This document shows positions 24,094 through 35,400 of a stretch of DNA of 64,000 nucleotides, in pieces. Origin of the DNA: Azolla caroliniana (lineage: Eukaryota; Plantae; Polypodiophyta). The notes beneath the pieces were generated by a model that saw only the letters and a program-made list of their open reading frames with translations, ran no database searches and was not told the DNA's origin. Position 1 is the first letter of the stretch, and each line of letters begins with the position of its first letter. Both the position numbers and the translations under genes were made by a program. The stretch lies in NCBI GenBank assembly GCA_043228905.1, contig JBHGNT010000011.1:16368001-16432000 (forward strand), read 5' to 3'.

Positions 24094-27000
24094 AGTGCTG
24101 TTGAGAGATCATGATTCCGGCCGGAGTCCGAATTACCTCGATGCCGAGGAACTAGTGGAGCTTCTTCATGTCCGTCATCTCGAACTTGTCGGAAAGGAGG
24201 GATTTGACCTTATTGATTTCGACGAGATGCTCACCTCCAATGACTAGGTCATCCACATATAAGATGATGACGATCGGACTTGCGGAATCACGTCATATGT
24301 AGAGGGAATTGTCCGATTTTAACATACGGAAGCCGATTTAATAAAGATATTGCGTTATCTTCGAATGCCAAGCACGCGGTGCTTGCTTGAGGCCGTAGAG
24401 TGGCTTCTTGAGCCGGCATATAGCTTTCGGATGGGTGCTCGAGTTGAAGCCGGGTTGTTGGATCATGTACACCTCCTCTTCTAATTCGCCTTGTAGGAAG
24501 GCGTTCTTGATCTCCATTTGATAGAGGTGCCACCCTTTCGCCGCGGCAACCGCAATTACGGTCCGTACTGTCGTCATCTTTGCCACCGGGGCCAAGGTCT
24601 CTTCGTAGTCAACTCTGTGCGTTTGGGCGTAGCCTTTCGCTACGAGTCGCGTTTTGTAGCGGTTGACGGAACCGTCGGCGTTGTACTTCACTTTGTAAAT
24701 CCATCTGCATCCAATCGCCTTTTTGTGTGGTGAGGTGGGAACGAGATCCCACGTCTTGTTCTTCCGTAGTGCCTACATCTCCTCGTTCATTGCTTCGATC
24801 CATCGTGGGTCCTTCGCGGCTTCGGAAAAGGTTTCCGACTCCCGTACTGTCGCTACCTTCATCATAAAGGCGTAATGGTACACCATATAATCGTTGTACC
24901 CGAATCGGCTTACGGGGTTCTTTTCACGGGTGGATCGGCGAAGCCTTTCATTTGCAGAGATGAGGGCTTTCTTAGCTCCGATTGGTACCTCGAAACCGCC
25001 GAACTCACTGTCGAGTGAGTGAGTCGACTGATCGTCGTCAAAGTGATTGTCTGCGTATTCCTCCATTTTTGACTTGCCTTTGTCCATCTTCGGGCTAGGC
25101 CGTGATGTGCTTTGATCGCTCAAAGGCTCTTGTGGTCCGCTCAGTCGGGTCGTGATCAGACTTTCTTTGAACATGCGCGTAAGGCGATCTCCATCCTCTA
25201 TCTCTTGTTCGGTGGATTCCGGGTCGAGTGGAGTCGGAGTCGGAGTCGTCTCTGGTGCATACCAGAATGCGGACTCGTCGAAAATGATATCTCGAATTAC
25301 ACGAGATTTTCGAGTTGAGGGGTTGTAGCACTTGTACCCCTTTTGCTCCAATGAGTATCCTACGAGGATACATTTCTTTGACTTCGGATCAAGCTTTTGA
25401 CGCTTCTCGTCGGGGATGTGCACATACGCTATCGTGCTGAATATCCGGATGTGCGATAAGTCCGGCCTCTTTCCGAAGTATTTTTCGTGCGGAGTGACCT
25501 CGTGCACGCCAGATGTTGTGCACCGGTTCATTAGGTAGACGGCCATATTTGCAGCTTTGGCCCAATAAGACTTGGGCATATGCTTCTCATTCATCATGGC
25601 CCACGCTACTTCGAGGATGTGCCAATTTTTGCGCTCGGCTACTCTGTTTTGTTGCGGAGTGTGTCAGCAAGTGAATTCTCGCCGAATTCCTTCCTTTCGG
25701 AGATAATCCGTGAAATCGTCTGAGAAGTACTCCTTGCCGCCATCCGATCGAAGACAACGTACATGTCGGCCTGTGGCTTTCTCGACTTCATTCTTGAATG
25801 TTTGGAAGTGTCCGAACACTTCGCTCTTTTCCTGCATCAGGTAGATTCAAGTTTGCCTAGAGAAGTCGTCGATGAAGAGCACGTAATATCGGCATCCGCC
25901 GAATGTAGCCGTCTGCGCCGGTCCCCATACGTCGGAATGGACTATGTCACGTTCCGCTCTTTCGGGAATCGGTGTCGGTGTTGCTTGTTGAATTGGCACG
26001 CTTCGCATACACCTTCAATCTCCTTCTCTTTGAATGTCGGGAGTCCGATGACGACTCCTTTCGATTTCATTGCTTTGAGTTTGTTGACATTGATGTGGCC
26101 GATTCGCTTGTGCCAGAACTCTATGTCGGAGTCGGCTTTCATGCCCTTTGCGAACATGGCCGATTTCATCTCGTGTGAGTCGAGAATGAACATTCGGCCC
26201 TCTCTTCGTCCGCGTGCAATGAATTGGCCCTCTTTTTCGATGAAGCAACTGCCTTGATTAAATCGAACTTGCATCCCTTACTCTACAATTTGGCCGCTGG
26301 AGACCAAATTCTTCGTAATGGTTGGTACATGCAAGACATTTTTAATGTAATTTTTCTTACCTTCTTTTCTGAACGGAACATTGCCAATGTGCCGAATCGG
26401 GTGCGTAGTGTCATCTCCGGTTTCGACATAACCGAGTCGCTCCGGCTCTCGAAGTTCGAGAAACCATTCTTTATGAGATGTCATATGGTTTGAGGCTCTG
26501 GAGTCAACAAACCATACGTCCTCCGGATTGAGGGCACTAGTTGAGGTAGAGGCCGACATAGAGTTTGCTCTATGTTTCATCATGAACATTCCGCCACGAT
26601 CGGAGTTGTATGCGTACGTTCCGCCACGATCCTCGTAGTTGGAGTTGTGCCTGTACATTCCGCTATACTCTTTCTAGTCGGATATGTGCGCGTAATTCGT
26701 GAGTTGTCGACTTGTGGAAGCCGATTCACACATCTTCTTTCGGCACTCTTCTTCGTGGTGGCCGAGCTTTCCACAATATCCGCATTCGGTTGCATTTTAA
26801 CGGCTTGGGCTGGAGTGGAAGCTCCCCGTTCTTGCGAAGGTTCCTCATTGGCTTCTGTTTTGCGGCCGGAATTGGGAGTTGTTATTGTAGGTCGAACCTT
26901 GTACGCCTTGTCCTTGGCCGAATCGGCCTCTTGACCATCTGCGTCCTCTTCCTCTGTTCGAGTGCGTGTAGAGCATGTGGCCTTCCGACTCATTGCTCCT

Positions 27001-27579
27001 TGTATGCACATGGTTTTCTTCGACCAATAGCATTGATTGGAGCTCAAAGAAGGAGGGAGATTTCTCCTATGCTAGAACGGCGGTTTGCATCGCGCCGAAC
27101 CGTGGTGCGAGGCTGCCGAGGCATATTTGAACCATCTCATCATCATCATCGATATTTACGCTCATTGAGCCGAGCGAATGGCAAAGCTCCTTGATCTTCG
27201 AGCTGTATGTGGTGATGGACATGTCCCTTTATTGAATGTTGTTCAACTCTTGGCGGAGTTGAAGCCTTCTTGCGGTTGTGTCCGCCGCAAAAATCTTTCG
27301 TAGATTTTCCCATGCCTCCTTCGGCGTCTTGGCTTCGTGAATGTAGCCAAGCATGTGATCGTGAACACATGTCTCCAAGCAATACATCACACAGCTTGCG
27401 GCTTGCTCCCATGTCACGTATCCGGGAGCCGCTTCGGCGGGTCGGTTTTCATGCGCTCCTTTGATGTAGCTCCAATAGCCTTGTCCGACAAGGTATTGGT
27501 GCATCTTGTACTCCCAAGATGCGAAGTTGTTTTGATCCAACTTCTCGGTAGCGAGAGCGCTCCCCATTTGAGTATTCAT
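24094..27579 (-). pseudogene. Copia A gag-protease-integrase-RT (5' part), with stops and frameshifts
   Basis: ORFs 27229-27579 (gag), 26278-26658 (WFVDSRASNHM protease), 25942-26274 (WHKRIGH GAG-pre-integrase), 24773-25597 (integrase C-terminal part), 24338-24691 (RT). Confidence 0.92.
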
Positions 27580-27809
27580 TATGTCGATTCTTCTTCTTCT
27601 TCTTCTCTCTTCGAATGCGAGCTATGTAGCAAAGCTATGATAGAGATGAGCCGGTTCTTGGTCGTCGGCGTGGAGCACAACACACGATCACGATGAGGCG
27701 AATGGGCTAGATCGAGCTACCAAATCGCTCTGATACCATGTAAAGAATCAATGGTGATTCTTGTGAAGCGGAATAGGTGTGAACTGTGTGTGTGTGTGTG
27801 TGTGTGTAT

Positions 27810-29722
27810 GAGATAGATAGATAGATAGATTATATTATCGTCTTCGGAGGTCAAATATGACCTATGTGACCAAAAATATTACATTTCACGTGATACGTGT
27901 GAAAGCTAGTAGTGACTCTCGATGTTCAAGAACTTTACCAATGAATGTTGCAATCGAGAGTGCACATTGTGGTTGTGAGAGGAATTCATGCAAAGATTGG
28001 GCTCGATTGAAAAGATGTGGAAAGCATGGTCGAATATGATCAAAGGCAGAGCATTGTATCAAAGTGTGATACTCAGACTCACGAACTTGTTTAGGGCAAA
28101 GTGTGCATAGTCGACCACTCTCATCACTTGTACCCCAACACCCTGTTTCACATCGCAATGCATGTGAGCTAAGCCGCATGGAAGCAATGGTTTGAATGGC
28201 AGATAACGGTATGGGCTCTAACATGTATGGATGTGTACGATTTCCCCATTCCGCAAAGAATATGGTTTTGTAGTTAGGTGCAACATGTGTAGTATAATGT
28301 GTGAAGCGTGAGTCTCCACATTTGTCCCATGTCATGATACATTGGCGTTGCAAAAATGCCTCATTTACAGAGGAATCTAATGATGCATCATGAAGCAAGT
28401 GTCTCGCATCCCATCTACCAAACCATTTTTCTATATCTTGCATCCAACCAGAACACAAAATTTTGCTTTTATGTGTCTTTTGGATCATTTTGCTTGCTTC
28501 CCACACAATTCTAGGAAGTTGATGTGAGGGACTTTTTTGAACCTTAAGCATGTATTCAACAACCCTTTCCAAGGCCATGATCTCAATGGGAAGTGATCCC
28601 GTCTTAAGGAGGAGGGTGTAGGGTGTTTGTTTTTTAACTTGTAGAAACTTGGTAAGAAAATGCTTTTGGACATTTTCAAACTCTTTCCACATAGATTTAG
28701 GGATACTACCGCCCCATACTTCCACCCCATAGAGAAGAACCAGTGTCACCAAAGTGTCGAAAAGATATTTCTTGAGGACCCAACACTTAATATCTCCAAG
28801 ATTGCATGTGTTCTCAAATGCATAGTATGCTCACTTGCCCGCCTCTAAGTGGCGTGTAGCACATTCATTCCATCTATGATTTGAAGGAACTTCAAGGCCA
28901 AGATATTTGAAGCTTTTCACACATTCAAGTGGCTCATTGTTGTACATAATGCATGGTTTATCTCTTTTTTGGCCCTTCACAAGCATAATCTTTGTTTTAG
29001 AGCTATTGACACTTAATTTAGTATGCATGCAAAAAATTTCCAATGTCTTCATAAGCTTTTGTGCATGTCCTAAAGTATTTGCAAAAAGCACTACATCATC
29101 TGCATATAACAAAAGCATAATCACAACATTCCCAATGGCAACTTCTTCAACACATTCTTCCTTTGCAAACTTGGTAACCATTTCTTCCAATTCATCAATG
29201 CATAGACCAAATAGTGTTGGTGAGAGTGGGCATCCTTGCTTAACACCAATAGTGCTTTTGAAAAAATTTGAAAGTTTATCTCTCATGCGCACACAACATA
29301 TAAACTTCTCATAAATTTGGGAAATTGCAAGCATATATTCACTTGGCACCTCAAGTTCTTCCATTCGCCTCCAAAGATGCTCACGAGGTACCATAGCAAA
29401 AGCTTTCTTGAAGTCTACAAAGCAACAATATAAACCTTTACCTCTAAGGCAACTTTCCTCCATTAATACTCGAAGGGTGATAAGGTGATCAATGGTGCTA
29501 TGGTGTTTCCGAAAGCCAGCTTGTCCATAAGCTCTCTTACCATTTTTTTCAGCCCATACACTTACCTTTGATTCCATTATACATCCAAATAGTTTTGCCA
29601 TTAATGAGCCAACCATGATGGTTCGATAGTTGTTTACATTATTTATATCTCCACCTTTATGTAAAGGTTTGATCCAATTTGTAGTCCAATTGTACGGCAT
29701 ACCATGTTGCAATGCATCATTA

Positions 29723-29726
<4 letters not shown>
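27810..29726 (-). mobile_element. 5'-truncated RTE/RTEX-like LINE inserted in the LTR microsatellite of Copia A
   Basis: RT motifs QAGFR, FVDFKKAF, GVKQGCPLSPTLF, LLYADD, FKYLG (28831-29726); C-terminal RLSSHALRCETG...CTLC...EYHTLIQC zinc finger; (TATC)n 3' tail near 27810-27830; flanked by the LTR (GT)n/(GA)n tract. Confidence 0.88.
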
Positions 29727-29763
<37 letters not shown>

Positions 29764-30046
29764 ACACAAGGTTAAGTATATTAACAAATGAGAAAGACTC
29801 AACAATATACAAGGTGGGAGGAGGGTGCTTTATGTAGTCACCCTCTCTCTTCATTAACTACAAGACTCATGGAGCATGGGGAATGTGAAAGCTCATAAGT
29901 TATGTGTCATAGAATATGATTCTATGACTCATACTAAATGCTAGAATACAAAGAGGTGACATAATGGTGACTCTTGACCGTTGGAGTGTCTATTCACTCT
30001 CAAAGTGAGTTCACACACTAGACCAAGTTGAGCTTGATTCTCAATA

Positions 30047-31179
30047 GAGTTAAACAAAAGAATTCACCAGGTGTGCATAGCTCAGTGGTAGAGCAATCGA
30101 CTGCAGTCTGATAGGTCATCATGCATTAATTGCAAGACTTACTTCGTAGGAATATTAATTGCAAATTGTTACACACAAACATGCATATGCATTATGTGTC
30201 GAATGTTTCAAATCTAAGATGATATGAATACTATCAAATCTAAGATGATATGAATACTATCGGCAAGATCTATTCTTGGATATTGGAATAAACAAAAGAA
30301 CCAATTATGGGTTCATAGCTGAATGGTGGAGCATTTGGTGGCAGTCAAATAAGTCGTCAGTTTAATCATCCTTGTGCCCTAAAGCAAGAAGAGTATAGAT
30401 TACCTTCAACAACACATACAACCTGAGATTATTAATTTCAAATCTTTGCAAAAGAACATGCGTATCCCTTATGTCTCAAATATAACATGATTCGAATACT
30501 ATTAGCAAGATTCTGGGTAGATATTGGAATTAAACAAAAGAAACCTCCAAGGTTACATAGCTCAGTGGTAGAGCAATTGGCTATAGTTTGATAGGTCATC
30601 AGTTCAATCCTAGTTGGGCCCTAAAAAAAGAAGAGTACCGATTATCTTTAACAACACTTACATCCTAAGAATATTAATTACAAATTGTTACAGACAAACA
30701 TGCATATGGATATGGCTTATGTGTCGAATGTTACAAATATAGATGACATGACTACCATCGATAAGACTTTTTACTGGATCTTGAAATAAACGAAGGAAGC
30801 ATTCATGGGTGAATAACTGAGTTGTAAAGCAATCGGCTGCAGTTCGATATGGGGTTAGTTCAATCCTACTTGTGCCCTAAAGCAAGAAGAGTATAGATTA
30901 CCTCCAACAACACTTGAAACCTAAGATTATTAATTTCAAATCTTTGCACACGAACACGCGTATCCATTATGTGTCAAATATAACATAATACAAATATTAT
31001 TGCCAAGAATCTTGTTGGATATTGGAGTTAAACAAAAGAATCCATGAAGGGTGCATAGCTCGGTGGTAGGGCAATTGGCTGCAGTCGGATAGATCATCAG
31101 TTCAATCCTGGTTGCACCCTAAAACAAGAGGAGTAGGGATTACCTTTAACAACGCTTACATCCTAAGTATATTAATTGT
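30047..31179 (+). repeat. Continuation of the tRNA-Cys-derived array (5 more diverged monomers)
   Basis: Cores at about 30071 (truncated), 30309, 30550, 30807 and 31049-31120, with the same spacer sub-repeats. Confidence 0.9.
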
Positions 31180-32466
31180 TGTTGAGAATCAAGCTCAACT
31201 TGGTCTAGTGTGTGAACTCACCTTGAGAGTGAAGAGACACCTCAACGGTCAAGAGTCACCATTATGTCACCACTTTGTATTCTAGCATTTAGTATGAGTC
31301 ATAGAATCATATTCTATGACACATAACTTATGAGCTTTCACATTCCCCATGCTCCATGAGCCTTGTAGTTAATGAAGAGAGAGGGTGACTACATAAAGCA
31401 CCCTCCTCCCATCTTGTATAATGTTGAGACTTTCTCCTTTGTTAATATACTTTTACCTTGCGTATTCCTTGTCTCTCTCACTCTCTCTCTCTCTCTCATA
31501 CACACACACATAACTCATATCTCTTCCGCTTCACAAGAATCCATCTATTGATTCTTTACATGGTATCAGAGCGATTTGGTAGCTCGATTTAGCCCATTCG
31601 CCTCATCGTGATCGTGTGTTGTGCTCTACGCCGACGACCAAGAACCGGCTCATAGCTATCTTAGCTTCGCTACATAGCTCGCATTCGAAGAGAGAAGAAG
31701 AAGAAGAATCGATATAATGAATACTCAAATGGGGAGCGCTCTCCCTACCGAGAAGTTGGATCGAAACAACTTCGCATCTTGGGAGTACAAGATGCACCAA
31801 TACCTTGTCGGACAAGGCTATTGGAGCTACATCAAAGGAGCGCATGAAGACCGACCCGCCGAAGCAGCTCCCGGATACGCGACATGGGAGCAAGCCGCAA
31901 GCCGCATGATGTATTGTTTGGCGACATGTGTTCACGACCACATGCTTGGTTACATTCGAGAAGCCAAGACGCCGAAGGAAGCGTGGGAAAATCTACGAAA
32001 GATTTTCGCCGCCAACACGACCGCAAGGAAGCTTCAACTCCGCCAAGAGTTGAACAACATTCAACAAAGGGACATGTCCATCACGACATACACCTTGAAG
32101 ATCAAGGAGCTTTGCGACTCGCTCGGCTCAATAAGCGTAAGTATAGATGATGATGAGATGGTGCAAATATGCCTCGGCGGCCTCGCACCATGGTTCGGCG
32201 CGATGCGAACCGCCGTTCTAGCACAGGAGAAATCTCCCTCCTTCTTCGAGCTCCAATCAATGCTATTGGTCGAAGAAAACCACGTGCGTACAAGCAATGA
32301 GTCGGAAGGCCACATGCTCTACATGCACTCTAATGGAGGAAGAGGACGCGGACGAGCGAGAGGTCGATTCAGCCAAGGACAAGATGGACGAGGTCCGACC
32401 TACGACAACAACTCCCAATTTCGGCCTAAAAACGGAGGCCAACGAGGAACCTTCGCAAGAAGGGGG

Positions 32467-35400
32467 TGTTGGGATTTCGGTCCCTCCGGATGGGATGTCC
32501 GGAGATGAATGACGGCAAGCCCGGTTGCGGTTACGGAGCCGGATGATGAAGACCCCGGCTACGGAGCCGGATGATGAAGACCCCGGTTACGGAGCCGGAT
32601 GACGAATGTACCCGGAGAGAGATCCGGATGCGGAGACATATTTATGAATATGTCTGCCAAGAGCCCTTGAGGCTATATTTGTAAATAGCCCGAAAGTCAT
32701 ATGTGTATAAATATGACTTAGGGCAAACAAACAGTTGTTGTTGCTCATTTTCTGTTTTCCACTAAGAGGGATCGAAGTGAGAGCAGCCGAGAGAGAGTGA
32801 GAGAGAAGGAGGAAGGAAGAGGTCGACGCCTCTGTGTAATACCGCCGCCTGTGGCGAGGACAGCGAGCTCAAGGTCGTCGCCTTGCAGCTCGCCATTGTA
32901 CATTCCCGCGTATAGTGATAGTTGGAGTCTTGCACTCCCGTGGTTTTTTTTCATTTAGGGTTTTCCACGTAAAACATCCAGTGTGCCCTTCTCTCTATTG
33001 TTTTTCGTGCATTGTTGTATTTCCCGTTTTCTGTGAATCGATCCTGTTCCTCGGTTGTGGCCGAGCACGGAATTTCGACAAAGAGACGGAATTTCGACAA
33101 AGTGGTATCAGAGCTGGGTTAACACAGAAAATGGAAGGCGGCAGCAGCGGGCAGCCGGGGATGATGGTGCTAAATGCGCAGAACTACGCCGACTGGAAGA
33201 TAAAGATGGAGGATCTGCTCATTGTTCGGGACCTGTATGAACCGATCGACAGGTCGGAAATACCCAAGGGGGTACTTGAGACGGAGTGGAGGCTTCTGAA
33301 CCGGAAAGCCGTTGCAACCATTCGGCAATACGTCGACGTGAGCGTTCTACAACACGTGGCGAACGACACCAACGCATATGAGATGTGGCGGAAGCTGTCG
33401 GGCCTCTACGAGAGGAAGAATGCGTTGAACCGGACCTCCCTGATGAGAAAGATAGTGAACCTCAAGTACCTGGACGGCGAGAGTATGGTGGAACACGTAA
33501 GCACGTTCATGGGATTCGTGAACCAGCTTGCGGCGATCAAGTTCCCGTTGGAGGATGCAATGCAAGCCATCATCCTGATGTGTACATTGCCGGACAGCTG
33601 GGAGAACTTGGTGGTGACTCTCAGCACCTCCTGCACCGAAGATAACTTGTCCCTACAAACGGTAAAGGCAAGTATTTTGAACGAAGAAGCGCGTCGGAGA
33701 GATAAAGAACCGGTTTCTGATCAGAAGATGTTGCTTACCGAATCGGATCGGGGAAGACAATGGAACCGAAGTCCGCAAAGACGGGAGAAGTCGGGGACCC
33801 GGTCGCAGTCAAGAGGAAGGCCAACATGCTTCCACTGTGGGAAGCCGGGGCACTTCCGGAAGAATTGTCGGCATTACCGAAAGGACAACGGAGCCGACGA
33901 CACCGATTCGAAGAAGTCACCGGAGAGAAACGGTGCATACCGGGGAGCCACGGACCGGAGAGGTCCGGATCGGCGAGGGCAGGACCGGAAAGGAACGACG
34001 GCACTCGCGGCAAGTGAAGAAGAGATAATGCTTATTACCGAAGAGAGGGAGCTGAACCTTGCCGGTGTAGAGATGACCTGGGTGGTCGATTCAGGAGCGT
34101 CGTTCCACCTGACCCCGGAGAAGAAATACTTCTCATCCTACACAGCCGGTGAGCACGGCTGTGTTCGGATGGGAAATGAAGGTACGTGCCGGATTGCCGG
34201 CATAGGAGACGTATGGTTGACAACCCCGACCGGATGCAAAATGCTGCTGAAGGATGTCCGACACGTTCCGGAGGTTCGATTGAACCTGATTTCGGCCGGG
34301 AGGCTAGACGATGAAGGCTACACAGGTAGCATCCGGAACGGCGTAATGAAGTTCAGCAAGGGAAGCCTGATAGTGGCTCGGGCCCGGAAAGTCAACACAC
34401 TGTACCTTATGAATGCTTGGTTGTGTCCGGAAGAGCTGAATGTGGCAGCCGACACTGCCGGTGAGCTGTGGCACAAAAGACTGTGCCACATGAGTGAGAA
34501 GGGGATGAAGAGGCTTGCAGAAGACAACCTTATTCCAGTGAAGCATGTGCACCTGGAGAAGTGCACCGATTGCCTGGCCGGTAAGCAGAACCGAACCTCC
34601 TTCCACTCAAGGCCACCGACGAGACGTAGCGCACCATTGGAGTTGGTGCACACGGATGTGTGTCAGGTAGAAACGAAGTCACATGGCGGAGCCCAGTACT
34701 TCGTGACTTTCATTGATGATCACAGCCGGAAGCTGTGGACGGCGCCGTTGAAGACAAAGGACCAAGTGTTGTCCGTCTTCAAAGAACTCCACGCGAGAGT
34801 GGAAAGGGAATCCGGCAAGAAGCTGAAAGCGATACGAGCGGATAACGGAGGGGAATACCGGGGGCAGTTCCAGGAGTACTGTCGCTCGAAGGGAATCCGG
34901 CTCGAGTTTACTGTGCCGAAGACGCCGGAACTAAACGGGCTGGCCGAGAGGATGAACCGGACCATAATGGAGAGGGTCCGGAGTATGCTGGCGCATGCGA
35001 AATTACCCAAGGGGTTTTGGGCTGAGGCAATGTCGACGGCGACATACGTGATAAACAGATCACCCTCAGTACCTTTGGACGGAGACACGCCGCAGAAAGT
35101 GTGGACCGGTAAGGAAGTGTCCTACCGGCATCTGAAGGTGTTCGGGTGTCTCGCATACGTGCATGTGGCAAAGGACCGGAGAGGAAAGCTAGATCCAAAG
35201 ACCCGGCCATGCATATTCCTCGGTTACGGCGACGACGAGTTCGGCTACCGAGTATGGGACCCGGTCGACAAGAAGATATTCAGGAGTCGAGACATCATCT
35301 TCATGGAGGACAAGACACTCGCCGACTGGGAGTCGGAGAAGAAGATGAAGAGCTCCAAGTCGACCGGTGAGGATCAACTCTACGAGGAGCAGTCCCGACC

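Larger units (their letters stand above)
13234..30046 (-). mobile_element. Ty1/Copia LTR retrotransposon, copy A (defective; contains a DNA transposon and a LINE)
   Basis: TSD GAGTT (13229-13233 / 30047-30051). 5' LTR 30046-27739 split by a LINE; PBS TGGTATCAGAGC at 27738-27727; 3' LTR 13427-13234 with an internal deletion. gag-PR-INT-RT-RH order in fragmented ORFs. Confidence 0.93.

Noticed and set aside
32915-33130. N-terminal 72 aa of the 1429-aa ORF
   Set aside because: Lies in the LTR and PBS; the likely start is the ATG at 33131.
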